NCBI GenBank assembly: GCA_964351485.1
Contig: CAYGOX010000004.1
Location: 1 to 35,759, forward strand
DNA length: 35,759 nucleotides
From: an uncultured Halioglobus sp.
GTDB lineage: Bacteria; Pseudomonadota; Gammaproteobacteria; Pseudomonadales; Halieaceae
Reading direction: 5' to 3'
How positions within the stretch are numbered: the stretch's first letter is position 1; each line of letters opens with the position of its first letter. Of the stretch, positions 8,774 to 18,269 are shown one piece after another. The position numbers were made by a program, and so were the translations under genes. The notes under the pieces are model-generated. The model had not been told where the DNA came from. It searched no databases and saw nothing but the letters and a program-made list of their open reading frames with translations.

Positions 8774-10378
8774 GTGAACTCTCCTGTCGTCAACGATGGT
8801 CCCTCTGTGCTGCATATCGCTTACCTGGTGTGCATCGTGGTGTTCCTGTGCGCTATCGGTTACCACCACTTTCAACTGGTGACCTACCCGCTGCCACTGA
8901 GCTATAACGAAGCCTCACTGGTCAGCGTCACGCAATATCTCGTGCAGGGCAACAATCCTTATGCCATTGAAGCCCAGCCCGCTAACACCAGCGTGTACCC
9001 GATCCTGTACAACCTGATCGCTGCCACATTAGCCACGTGGTTCGACAACACGCTCGTTCTGCACCGGGCGGTAACGGCTGCGGCACTGGCCGGCTGCGCA
9101 ATACTTTTCTTTCGCGTAACTGCAGCGGCGTGCCACAGTCGACTGGACGCGCTTGCGACGACCGCCCTGCTCTACTGCGGATTGATGGTGTTCTCGACGC
9201 CTCTGGCCAGCCCCAATGGCGTAGGCCTGGTGATATTTTTGGGAGCACTCTACCTGCCACTGTTGGACGGATTTTCGAGGCGCAGCCTGCTGATCGCCCT
9301 GCTCCTGGGCATTATGGCTTTCCATGCGAAGCAGTATTTTGTGGCTGCGCTGGGCTTTGTCGCCCTTTTGCTCTTTCTCAAACAGTCCAAGACGCTGGGC
9401 GTAGGGTTTGGCCTGGCAGGACTCATAGGCTCGCTGGTGCTGCTGGCAGTGATTTTGCCGGGCTCACCGTACTACTTAGACGCATTGGTTTTCGCCGTCA
9501 GTGGCGCGTCCGAGCTGGCCTCGTCAAATACGCACATGTGGCAGCAATGGTTTGAGTACCTCAAGGTGCTTGGTCCGATCATCCTGGCCCTGGTTGCGGG
9601 CCTCGCCGCGCGCCGGTTTCTTCCCGATACCATTGAGCAAACGTCAGGCGAGCGGACGCTCTTGTCTGTATCGTCGCCACACACGCCGCTCTTTACGCGC
9701 GGGGTCAACGCCCATGTTGTATTTCTTGTCTGCTCGGCGCTGATTTTTACGGTCAGTCTCGGGCGCAATCCGGGCAATGAACTGACCTATCTTTTCCAAC
9801 TTGTCTCGCCTTTCCTGCTGACACTGGCGGCTGTAGCCATTACCCGAAGCCGCTGGCAGTGGCCTTTGCGACTGCTGGTGCTGATCGCTTTCTACACCCA
9901 CTACCAGGCGCTCTCGCATGACTTTGGCGTGCGCAATCTGGATCAATGGCAGAAACTTGAGCAGGCGGTAAGTGAAGCAGAGACAATCTATTCGACGCCT
10001 GTCGCACTCGAATTGATCGCCAACAAAAACGGGGAAGTCTTCAACAACGGGCATACCCTCTATTTCAAGTTGGCCGGCCGTAAACCGGCGCTTCTGGTAC
10101 GTGACGATCCGACACAGCGCGCTGACCATCTCTGGCGCCAATGGGTAAGCGGAATCCACGACAAGGTAAGAACAAGAGCATTTGACGCAATAATCATCGA
10201 CGCCTGGACGCCGCTGCCAGACCTTGATCTGGGCACGGATCGCGCCGTCAAGGGTAGCTCCCTGCTTCGCAAATACTATCGCCCCAGAGAAACGCTGGAT
10301 ATTTCACTGGCAAACCGTCCCGGCGGCGGCAACTACAAGGTGCAAATCTGGGAACCACGCCTCAATCACCGCGATTAA
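8774..10378 (+). CDS. Polytopic GT-C-fold membrane glycosyltransferase (ArnT/PMT-like), putative third component of a GtrABC-type system
   Basis: About 11-12 TM segments, first-loop acidic motif LSYNEAS..NPY...VYP.LY, conserved AKQY and a soluble C-terminal domain. Lies near gtrA-like and gtrB-like genes. Confidence 0.65.
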   Translation: MNSPVVNDGPSVLHIAYLVCIVVFLCAIGYHHFQLVTYPLPLSYNEASLVSVTQYLVQGNNPYAIEAQPANTSVYPILYNLIAATLATWFDNTLVLHRAVTAAALAGCAILFFRVTAAACHSRLDALATTALLYCGLMVFSTPLASPNGVGLVIFLGALYLPLLDGFSRRSLLIALLLGIMAFHAKQYFVAALGFVALLLFLKQSKTLGVGFGLAGLIGSLVLLAVILPGSPYYLDALVFAVSGASELASSNTHMWQQWFEYLKVLGPIILALVAGLAARRFLPDTIEQTSGERTLLSVSSPHTPLFTRGVNAHVVFLVCSALIFTVSLGRNPGNELTYLFQLVSPFLLTLAAVAITRSRWQWPLRLLVLIAFYTHYQALSHDFGVRNLDQWQKLEQAVSEAETIYSTPVALELIANKNGEVFNNGHTLYFKLAGRKPALLVRDDPTQRADHLWRQWVSGIHDKVRTRAFDAIIIDAWTPLPDLDLGTDRAVKGSSLLRKYYRPRETLDISLANRPGGGNYKVQIWEPRLNHRD

Positions 10379-10380
10379 CG

Positions 10381-10396
10381 TGGCACCCCGGTGCCA
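10381..10396. repeat. Inverted repeat (hairpin or operator) between the GT-C and methyltransferase genes
   Basis: TGGCACC-CC-GGTGCCA, 7-bp perfect arms, immediately after the stop at 10378. No U-tract follows on either strand. Confidence 0.4.
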
Positions 10397-10457
10397 AAAA
10401 CCAGTATCCTAGCCAGTCTGGCGAGCGCTATAACCACTAAAAGGGCCACTGGAAACT

Positions 10458-11270
10458 ATGGCTGATCTCGACACAAAAACGATTGCGGACTTTGACGACC
10501 AGTGGACACGCTACAGCGATAACGAAGGCTGGTACGGTTCCCTGGCACTGTTCCAGGACATCATCGACCCACTGATCGACGCTGACGAACTTGAAAACAA
10601 GCGCGTGGTGGATATCGGCAGCGGTACCGGACGCATCGTCGGCATGCTGCTTGAGGCGGGGGTCAGTCATGTCGATGCAGTGGAGCCGGCAGAAGGGGCA
10701 TTCCGGAAACTACTCGAAAATGTCGCGGCGATGGAGCGCTCCGACGCCGTGCACTGTATCAATGCCCGTGGCGATGCCTGGGAAATCGCCGAGCCCGCGG
10801 ACTATGTTTTTTCAATCGGCGTTATCCAGTTCATCCCCGATCCGGATCCCACGGTGAAGCGTTGTTTCGACTCACTGAAGCCCGGCGGGGAGATATTCTT
10901 CTGGTTGTACAGCCACGAGGGCAACGAGCTCTACCTGAGTTTCATCAAGCCGATACGTGCCATTACCACCCGCCTGCCGCATATCGCACTGGTCAGCTTC
11001 AACTGGCTGTTGTATCTCATCCTTGTTGTTTATCGAACACTTAGCCTGGTTCTACCACTCCCCCTGAAGCGGTATCTCAACCAGGTCTGGTGGCCCATGA
11101 CGCCGCGCAAGCGCCGCCTTGTCATTTACGACCAGCTCAACCCGAGCTACGCCAAGTATCACAAACGCCATGAAGCGATAGAGCTGCTGGAAAAGGCCGG
11201 ATTTGTCGACGTGAAAGCTCACCACCGCCACGGCTATAGCTGGTGTGTGTGGGGCCGCAAGCCCGACTGA
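10458..11270 (+). CDS. Class I SAM-dependent methyltransferase
   Basis: VVDIGSGTGR motif I, AVEP, DYVFSIGVIQF and LKPGG. Confidence 0.92.
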   Translation: MADLDTKTIADFDDQWTRYSDNEGWYGSLALFQDIIDPLIDADELENKRVVDIGSGTGRIVGMLLEAGVSHVDAVEPAEGAFRKLLENVAAMERSDAVHCINARGDAWEIAEPADYVFSIGVIQFIPDPDPTVKRCFDSLKPGGEIFFWLYSHEGNELYLSFIKPIRAITTRLPHIALVSFNWLLYLILVVYRTLSLVLPLPLKRYLNQVWWPMTPRKRRLVIYDQLNPSYAKYHKRHEAIELLEKAGFVDVKAHHRHGYSWCVWGRKPD

Positions 11271-11273
11271 CTT

Positions 11274-12002
11274 TTACCGAACGGCGAATACCGCGTAAGC
11301 ACTGCTGCCGGGAAGACTGCGCGGCAACAGGCTGTGCTCCAGCTTGAAAACCGCGGCGATCAGGTGGTGCAGCCAGCGCATCGATTTTGACGGCGGTATT
11401 ATCTGCGTCCCGCGATCACGCCCTATCAGGCCCAGCAATCGCGCCGGCAGGTAAAGTGACTGAAAAAAGTATCCCGCTCTGACAGACTCAAGACCTGAAG
11501 CCAGACCAACCTGCCGCAGCTCATCCAGCGAGTAGCGCCGCTGGTGACCGTAGAACTCGTCATAGTTCGACCACAGCTCTTGCCGCGCTGGTACCGTCAC
11601 GATGACAGTGGCAAGCTGTGGATAATGTTGCAGCAGATCGCGCAGAAACTCCGCCGGCTCCGGCAGGTGTTCAATCACGTCCAGCAGTAACAGGGTTCGG
11701 GCAGCATCACGCTCGGCTTGTGGCAACTCGCGCGCATCCACACCGGCATGGACACGGTCGGAAACCTGGGGCAGTGGCGAGACCGGCGCCAGCTCCACTC
11801 CGCGGATATCCACTCCCGCACCGGCCAGCGACAACACCTCGACACCGCGACCACAACCCACTTCGACAACCGGGCTTTCTATATCGGTGTATCGCGCAAG
11901 CAGTCGTAGAATGATCCAGCTGCGCGCACGGTTCCACCAGTGATGCTCAATGCCGTCAGGATAGGCGAGCGCGTACTGGTTGTCGGAGAATTCTGTAGGC
12001 AC
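11274..12002 (-). CDS. Class I SAM-dependent methyltransferase (type commonly adjacent to GT2 genes)
   Basis: EHHWWNRAR, VVEVGCGRG, LLDVIEHL and TVPARQELWSNYDEFYGHQRRYS. Start placed at GTG 12002. Confidence 0.9.
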   Translation of the reverse strand: MPTEFSDNQYALAYPDGIEHHWWNRARSWIILRLLARYTDIESPVVEVGCGRGVEVLSLAGAGVDIRGVELAPVSPLPQVSDRVHAGVDARELPQAERDAARTLLLLDVIEHLPEPAEFLRDLLQHYPQLATVIVTVPARQELWSNYDEFYGHQRRYSLDELRQVGLASGLESVRAGYFFQSLYLPARLLGLIGRDRGTQIIPPSKSMRWLHHLIAAVFKLEHSLLPRSLPGSSAYAVFAVR

Positions 12003-12033
12003 AACTGCTACGCTCGTGCGACGCGGCGACGGA

Positions 12034-13014
12034 TTAGTCGCTGTCCCCGGCCGGTTCGTGAGAAATGATTTCCTCCACCTGGTACAGCGGTCGGTTCTTG
12101 ACCTCCATGTAGGCCTTGCCGATGTATTCACCAGCAATGCCGATGGCAAGTAACTGCAAACCGCCAAGCAGGTAGATGGGAATGACGGTCGAGGCCCAGC
12201 CGTCAATAAGCTCCGAACTTCCGGTGATCTTTGCCCACAGGGCCCAGCCGCTCAGCCCCAGCGACACGAGAAAGACAAGCGCGCCAACCAGGGCAATAAA
12301 ACGCAGCGGGGCCATCGAAAACGAGGTGATGCCCTGCGTCGAGAGGCTGATCATGGCTCGCAGGTTGTACTTGGTCTCACCGGCCTGCCTTGCACCGCGT
12401 GCGTAGTACACCCGGTCAGTTTGCAAGCCCAGCAGGGGCACGATGCCGCGCAGGTATATATTGGTTTCGCGATACTGGCCCAGCAGGCGCACAGCCTTGG
12501 CACTCATCAGCCGGAAATCCGCGTGATTGGGAATCGAGTCAATACCAAACCGGGCCGCGATCCAGTAGTGAATGCCGGCGGTCCAGCGCTTGAACCAACC
12601 ATCGGTATGGCGATCGTCCCGCACTCCATAGACAATTTCAGCACCTGCATGGAACTTGTCCACCATCTCGTCGATGGCATCGATGTCATCCTGCAGGTCG
12701 GCGTCCATCGAGATCAGTGCATCACCCTCTGCCTTCATCATGCCCGCATACAGTGCATACTGATGACCGTGGTTGCGCGTCAGCTTGATACCCATGAAAC
12801 AGGGGGCCTCCGCGACCAGTGACTGGATTATCGACCAGGTCGCGTCTGTGCTCCCGTCGTCGACAAACCAGACTCTGGAACGCGCACTGACGGCGCCGCG
12901 CGCCGCCAGGCTCTGGAGTTTGGCACGCAACTGCCGGGCCGTCTCAAGAAGTACAAGCTCCTCGTTGAAACACGGCACAACAATCCCGATTTCTGGTGCG
13001 TCAGTCTCAGTCAT
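12034..13014 (-). CDS. GT2 polyprenyl-phosphate glycosyltransferase (GtrB/ArnC/YkoT-like)
   Basis: IVVPCFNEE, FVDDGSTDATW, LTRNHGHQYAL, MDADLQDD, ADFRLMS, RQAGETKY, two C-terminal TM helices and GEYIGKAYMEVKNRPLY. Confidence 0.95.
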   Translation of the reverse strand: MTETDAPEIGIVVPCFNEELVLLETARQLRAKLQSLAARGAVSARSRVWFVDDGSTDATWSIIQSLVAEAPCFMGIKLTRNHGHQYALYAGMMKAEGDALISMDADLQDDIDAIDEMVDKFHAGAEIVYGVRDDRHTDGWFKRWTAGIHYWIAARFGIDSIPNHADFRLMSAKAVRLLGQYRETNIYLRGIVPLLGLQTDRVYYARGARQAGETKYNLRAMISLSTQGITSFSMAPLRFIALVGALVFLVSLGLSGWALWAKITGSSELIDGWASTVIPIYLLGGLQLLAIGIAGEYIGKAYMEVKNRPLYQVEEIISHEPAGDSD

Positions 13015-13019
13015 TGCCT

Positions 13020-13811
13020 CTACCCGGGCGGGTGCTCCTTCCCCGCAGCGCGTTCGTCCGCGGCAGAAGATCTTCGCCAGCTATTCTGCAGCCTCTTCTT
13101 GGCCACGGCAATCTGCGTACGCTGCCGAACAGGCAGTGCCCGGATCAGGCGCTTGCGCCACTGGTAGAGCCGGGGCGACTTGTCCGGGGGAACGGTGCCG
13201 GGCGGAACGAGGTCGTTCGCGAGCGCATCGTGGACCTGCGGTAGCACATCGCGACGAACATAGACAAATGTATTGAAGCGATACCAGGGCATTACCGATT
13301 TGTCTTCGAGAATATGGTGTCGAAGTGCATCGTACATCGCGTATCCCCGGGACTCGAACAGCGCCTGCCAGTAGGAGTACGGCTGTTCATTAACGTGATT
13401 CTCGCCGCCCTGACCGGGCGCCGCCGCAGAAAACAAAACCACGTCGGCACTGCGACACAGGTTTTCCACGAATCCCGCAGCAAACTCCGCCGGCAGATGT
13501 TCAGCCACCTCCAGCGACTGGGCTATGTCAAAACGCTCACCCAGATCAAAATCCGCGGTCAGGTCACGGGCTCTGAATTCGTCGGGGTCGATCAACAACG
13601 AAGCGCTCTGTACGTAAGCACCATCCAGGCCTGTCACGGACACGCCCGCTTTTTTCCATACCGAAAGCCAGGCGCCCGCGCCGCAACCCACGTCAAGCAC
13701 GGTGGTAACGCGCAGCGGGAGCACCTGCAACAACGTGGGCACAACGACCTCAGCCGACGCCAGGGAGCCCTGGTTGATGTAGCGATAGAACGCTTCGTTA
13801 TAGGTATACAT
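13020..13811 (-). CDS. Class I SAM-dependent methyltransferase
   Basis: VLDVGCGAGAWL, FDIAQSLEVAEHL and FSAAAPGQGGENHVNEQPYSYW. Confidence 0.92.
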   Translation of the reverse strand: MYTYNEAFYRYINQGSLASAEVVVPTLLQVLPLRVTTVLDVGCGAGAWLSVWKKAGVSVTGLDGAYVQSASLLIDPDEFRARDLTADFDLGERFDIAQSLEVAEHLPAEFAAGFVENLCRSADVVLFSAAAPGQGGENHVNEQPYSYWQALFESRGYAMYDALRHHILEDKSVMPWYRFNTFVYVRRDVLPQVHDALANDLVPPGTVPPDKSPRLYQWRKRLIRALPVRQRTQIAVAKKRLQNSWRRSSAADERAAGKEHPPG

Positions 13812-13930
13812 TGGGCAAATTCTATCCTGTTGCGGCGGCCAACCCCACCGCGAGAATCAGGCGACAGGCCAAATATGGCACTGGATCACAATTATGGCAC
13901 TCTCGGCCAATCGGCGCGCCCGCGGGGCGA

Positions 13931-14821
13931 TTACGCCTGCTCAACCAGTGTCCAGGCCTGTGCGTTTTCGCGCAGCTGCGCCACGGACTTGACGCCGGGG
14001 ATGACGGTGGAAACTGCCGGGTGACGCAAACACCAGGCATTTGCCCACGCCACAGGGTCAACGTCTGCGGGCTTTTCTCGCAGCGCAGCCCCCGCTGCCG
14101 TCAGCGCCTCGTCGATCTTCTCGACAGGACGCATCGATCGCACATCCGCCGGCGCGAACCTGTCCCCGGGCTGATACTTGCCGCTGAGGAACCCGCTGGC
14201 CAGCGGCTCGCGGATCACCACTCCCAGCCCCAGATCGGCAGCGGCGGGCAACGCCGTATCAGCAGCGATCGTCTGGATCGCGTTATACGTGGTCTGCAAT
14301 ACGCTGATGCCGTAGTCAGGTGACTTCTCAATCTGATTGCGCATCTGCGGCATCAGCAAAGAGTTTCCCAGGTAGCGTACCTTGCCCGCCTGAACCTGCT
14401 TGTCCAGCATTGTCCAGAGCGCGTCGTTTTCGAACAGCACGTTGGTCGGTGAATGCACCTGGTAGACATCGATGTAGTCGGTTCCCAGCGCCCGCAGGGA
14501 ACTTTCCAGCTGCAGGCGAACCTGGTCCGGTCCAAAATTCTCGTCGCCGAGGCCGTTGGACAGGTTGTGCCCGAACTTGGTTGCCACGATCCACCTGTCA
14601 CGGTCGCCGCTGATACTCGCGCCCACCAGTTGCTCGGCCAGGTGATCACCGTAACACTCCGCTGTGTCGACGAAGTTGATTCCCAACTCGGTAGCTACCG
14701 CAAACATCGACTGCACTTCCGGCAGGGAGAACTGCTTGTTCCACATACCGCCTAGCTGCCAGGTGCCGATCCCGATCACAGAGACGCGCAAACCTGTCTT
14801 TCCCAGCGTGCGAAACTTCAT
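13931..14821 (-). CDS. Aldo/keto reductase
   Basis: MKFRTLGKTGLRVSVIGIG; catalytic tetrad in DTAECYG, ATKFG and YQVH; SLRALGTDYID, GKVRYLG, PLASGFLSGK, VIPGVKSVAQLREN. Start at 14821. Confidence 0.95.
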   Translation of the reverse strand: MKFRTLGKTGLRVSVIGIGTWQLGGMWNKQFSLPEVQSMFAVATELGINFVDTAECYGDHLAEQLVGASISGDRDRWIVATKFGHNLSNGLGDENFGPDQVRLQLESSLRALGTDYIDVYQVHSPTNVLFENDALWTMLDKQVQAGKVRYLGNSLLMPQMRNQIEKSPDYGISVLQTTYNAIQTIAADTALPAAADLGLGVVIREPLASGFLSGKYQPGDRFAPADVRSMRPVEKIDEALTAAGAALREKPADVDPVAWANAWCLRHPAVSTVIPGVKSVAQLRENAQAWTLVEQA

Positions 14822-14939
14822 GCCCCCTGCGCTCCCAATCCCGACAAGCCGGTTGGCCGGGACAGCGCCGGACCAACGGTTACAACTCACTGTAGCCGAT
14901 ATATGATAGACCGGTAAACCCGGTAACCCAGGCGTCCCG

Positions 14940-15326
14940 ATGCTTCCCCGGAAACTCGATCTACCACTACTGCGTCGCTTTGTTTTTGTCGGCGGCAGCA
15001 CCGCTGCGCTCTGCCTGGGACTTACCTGGGCGCTGGTGGAGGGCCTGGCCATGGACACCACCATCGCCAGTACCATCGCACTGCTCGTGGCCGTGTGCTA
15101 CAACTATGTGCTCCACTATCACTGGACCTTCGGTAGCGAGGCTCCCCATGGCGTGGTGTTGCTGAAGTACCTGGCCATGTGTGTCGGCGCCCTGGTAGTG
15201 AACGCCCTGGTAATGGAAGTCGGCGTACAGGTAACCAGTGTGCACTATCTCGCTGTACAGATTGTCGCTGCCGGTATGGTCGCACTGTGGAGCCTGACGA
15301 TCAGTGCCACCTGGGTGTTCCGGTGA
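14940..15326 (+). CDS. GtrA-family lipid-linked sugar flippase
   Basis: 128 aa with 4 TM helices: LRRFVFVGG, NYVLHYHWTF, LAVQIVA and a C-terminal WVFR. Confidence 0.9.
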   Translation: MLPRKLDLPLLRRFVFVGGSTAALCLGLTWALVEGLAMDTTIASTIALLVAVCYNYVLHYHWTFGSEAPHGVVLLKYLAMCVGALVVNALVMEVGVQVTSVHYLAVQIVAAGMVALWSLTISATWVFR

Positions 15327-15375
15327 TCAGGCTACCGGTGTGCCAGCCATCCAACTCGAGAAGAGCGACAACTAC

Positions 15376-16941
15376 ATGACAAGAAGCGCCAGACAAAACC
15401 GGTTTATCCAGCGAAGCCTGGGAATTCTAGCAAAAACCGCTTTTCTCCTGGGTTTAACTCTCTCCCAGCCAGTTGCGGCCGACAAACCCAACATCCTCGT
15501 CATCTGGGGCGATGACATCGGTATCTGGAATATCAGTAAATACAGTCACGGCATGATGGGCTACCAGACCCCCAACATCGACCGCATCGCGAACGAGGGC
15601 ATGCTGTTCACCGACTATTACGGCGAGCAGAGCTGTACAGCGGGCCGCTCCGCATTCATTACCGGACAACACCCGGTGCGCACAGGGCTGACCAAGGTAG
15701 GCATTCCCGGCGCCGACCTGGGCATCCAGCCCGAAGATCCCACGCTGGCTGAACTGCTGGCACCGCTGGGCTACGCCACCGGTCAGTTCGGCAAGAATCA
15801 TCTGGGTGATCGCGACGAGTTTCTGCCCACCAATCACGGCTTTGACGAATTTTTTGGCAACCTCTACCACCTCAACGCCGAGGAGCAACCCGAAGACCCG
15901 GACTACCCGAAGGACGCCGGATTTCATCAGCGATTCGGGCCCCGCGGCGTCATCCAGAGTTATGCCGATGGGCGAATAGAGGACAGCGGTCCTCTCACGC
16001 GCAAGCGCATGGAGACGATCGACGACGAATTCCTGGCCGCCTCCCTCGCGTTTATGGAGAAATCCGTCAAGGCCGATAAACCCTTCTTCCTCTGGTTCAA
16101 CTCGACGCGGATGCACTACTACACCCACGTCAAAGAGCAGCAACTGGGTGCCTCGGGACAGGGCTTTTACAACGACGGCATGCTCGAGCACGATGCCCAC
16201 GTGGGCGCCCTGCTGAACAAGCTCGATGCGCTGGATGTTGCCGACAACACCATCGTCATCTACTCCACCGACAACGGTCCTCACTACAACATGTGGCCGG
16301 ATGCCGCGATCACCCCGTTTCGCGGAGAGAAAAACACCAACTGGGAAGGCGGCTTCCGCGTGCCGGCAGTGGTACGCTGGCCCGGCACGATCGCACCGGG
16401 CAGCGTCAGCAACGAAGTCATGTCGCACCTGGACTGGTTCCCCACGTTGATGGCGGCGGCCGGTGTACCGGATATCGCCAACCGTCTCAAGCGTGGCTAC
16501 GCGGCCGGCGACAAGCAGTTCAAGGTGCACCTGGACGGCTACAACTTTCTGCCCTACTTCAAGGGGGAGCGGCCGGACGGACCAAGAGACGAGTTCTTCT
16601 ATTTCAGTGACGACGGCCTGCTGGTATCGGCACGCGTGGGCGACTGGAAGCTTGTTTTTGCAGAGCAGCGCGCTCAGCGATTTGACGTTTGGCGCGACCC
16701 GTTTGTCACGCTGCGCATTCCCAAACTGTTCCACCTGCGGCGCGACCCCTTCGAACGCGCAGACACTGACTCCAACAGCTATAACAACTGGTGGGATACC
16801 AAGATCGCACCGGCTGCCATGCAGGGCCGGGTTGCCGTCACGCGGTTTGTGATGAGCCTGCAGCAGTTCCCACCGCGCCAGCGGCCGGCCACTTTCTCCA
16901 TCGACCAGATCATGGAGACGCTGTATCAGCCCCGGCCCTGA
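15376..16941 (+). CDS. Arylsulfatase (Cys-type formylglycine sulfatase), exported
   Basis: Signal peptide, KPNILVIWGDDIG, SCTAGRSAFITG (CxAxR), FGKNHLG, STDNG and RGEKNTNWEGGFRVP. Start placed at 15376. Confidence 0.95.
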   Translation: MTRSARQNRFIQRSLGILAKTAFLLGLTLSQPVAADKPNILVIWGDDIGIWNISKYSHGMMGYQTPNIDRIANEGMLFTDYYGEQSCTAGRSAFITGQHPVRTGLTKVGIPGADLGIQPEDPTLAELLAPLGYATGQFGKNHLGDRDEFLPTNHGFDEFFGNLYHLNAEEQPEDPDYPKDAGFHQRFGPRGVIQSYADGRIEDSGPLTRKRMETIDDEFLAASLAFMEKSVKADKPFFLWFNSTRMHYYTHVKEQQLGASGQGFYNDGMLEHDAHVGALLNKLDALDVADNTIVIYSTDNGPHYNMWPDAAITPFRGEKNTNWEGGFRVPAVVRWPGTIAPGSVSNEVMSHLDWFPTLMAAAGVPDIANRLKRGYAAGDKQFKVHLDGYNFLPYFKGERPDGPRDEFFYFSDDGLLVSARVGDWKLVFAEQRAQRFDVWRDPFVTLRIPKLFHLRRDPFERADTDSNSYNNWWDTKIAPAAMQGRVAVTRFVMSLQQFPPRQRPATFSIDQIMETLYQPRP

Positions 16942-16960
16942 CAACGCATCCACGCCGTGG

Positions 16961-18175
16961 ATGAAACGCTTCGCCCTGGGACTTATCGGGGCGACGCTGC
17001 TATTGCCGCTTCTGTTCTGGATCACGTTACAACTGCGGGGAGAATCTCTGGCAACCGTACTGATGAAGCCGGCCCATACGTACGCGGAAGAGCCCATCAC
17101 GGTCCCCCCCGATTACTACCTTGAACGATACTGGGCTTCACTGCCGGGCGGTGAAGGCCTGGCCAACCTCGTCCCCAATCACCAGTCGCCACGCGAGGGC
17201 GAGGCCAGTACCGCGGTGTTTTACATTCATCCCACATCCTACCTGAGCGGCAAACGCTGGAACGCACCGCTGTTTGCCGACAGCTGGGCGTGGGAAATGG
17301 TAGGCCGCATGATGGCGACGCAGGGCAGCGCATTCAACGGCTGTTGTGATGTATACGCCCCGCACTACCGCGAGGCCACTTTCTGGAGCTTTCTGGACAG
17401 GGAAACCCGGGACGGTCACCGTGCCCTGGAATTCGCTTACGTCGATGTGGCTGCCGCCTTTGATGTCTTCCTGGACGAACTGGCGGGTGACCGCCCGTTT
17501 ATCATCGCCAGCCACAGCCAGGGAACGGTGCACGCTCTGCGATTACTGAGCGAACGTGTCAATACGACAAAGCTGCGGGATCGGCTGGTCGCCGCCTACC
17601 TCGTGGGGTACGAGGTACCGCTGGACTATTTCGACCGGGAGCTCACGCGCATACCGCCGTGTACTACCCCCACCGACACCGGCTGCGTGGTGCACTGGGC
17701 GACCTATGGCGAGGGCGGCAAACCCCAACCCGGAGTCCGGCACTATTACCAGGATGGCTGGGAGTACGCCGACCACAAGCGCATTCTCTGCACCAACCCG
17801 TTGAGCTGGCGTAACGATGAAGTGCGCACGGACGCTTCGCAGCACGCTGGCGCGCTGGCAGTTGTCGGCGACTATAGCCTGGACAAACTGCTGTTCAATC
17901 GTCCGTCAGGCAAGCAGCTCGATCTGCTCCCGGCGGTCAAGCCGGGCTGGACCTGGGCACAGTGCCGCAATGGTTTCCTGTTCGTCGAACCCCAGCTCGA
18001 GGGGCCCTTCGCCAGCGGACGGGATGACGAGAAGCGGAACTACCATACCCGCGACTTCACCCTTTTCTACCAGAACATCCGCGAGAACGCCGAGCTGCGC
18101 GCCAGCCAGTTTCGCGTCAACCGAACACCGGTATCCCGATACCCGGACAGCTTCACAGAGCCGGCCTACCGCTAG
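16961..18175 (+). CDS. DUF3089-family alpha/beta hydrolase (membrane-anchored or exported)
   Basis: VFYIHPTSY, VYAPHYREAT, AYVDVAAAF, nucleophile elbow IIASHSQG, LVAAYLVG, CTNPLSW and NYHTRDF. Confidence 0.88.
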   Translation: MKRFALGLIGATLLLPLLFWITLQLRGESLATVLMKPAHTYAEEPITVPPDYYLERYWASLPGGEGLANLVPNHQSPREGEASTAVFYIHPTSYLSGKRWNAPLFADSWAWEMVGRMMATQGSAFNGCCDVYAPHYREATFWSFLDRETRDGHRALEFAYVDVAAAFDVFLDELAGDRPFIIASHSQGTVHALRLLSERVNTTKLRDRLVAAYLVGYEVPLDYFDRELTRIPPCTTPTDTGCVVHWATYGEGGKPQPGVRHYYQDGWEYADHKRILCTNPLSWRNDEVRTDASQHAGALAVVGDYSLDKLLFNRPSGKQLDLLPAVKPGWTWAQCRNGFLFVEPQLEGPFASGRDDEKRNYHTRDFTLFYQNIRENAELRASQFRVNRTPVSRYPDSFTEPAYR

Positions 18176-18269
18176 GTCCGGTCAGCAACACCGGAACGGG
18201 GTTGCGATCACGCGCTGTTCGCCACAGAATGTTTCGCCAACCCCCGCTTTCTTCCGGACAGGCCCGCCG

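Noticed and set aside
10381-10396. TGGCAC elements here and at 13876 and 13895 as sigma-54 promoters
   Set aside because: The GG-to-GC spacing is not 10 nt in any of them.
15454-17100. 548-aa minus-strand ORF
   Set aside because: Antisense shadow of the well-supported arylsulfatase.
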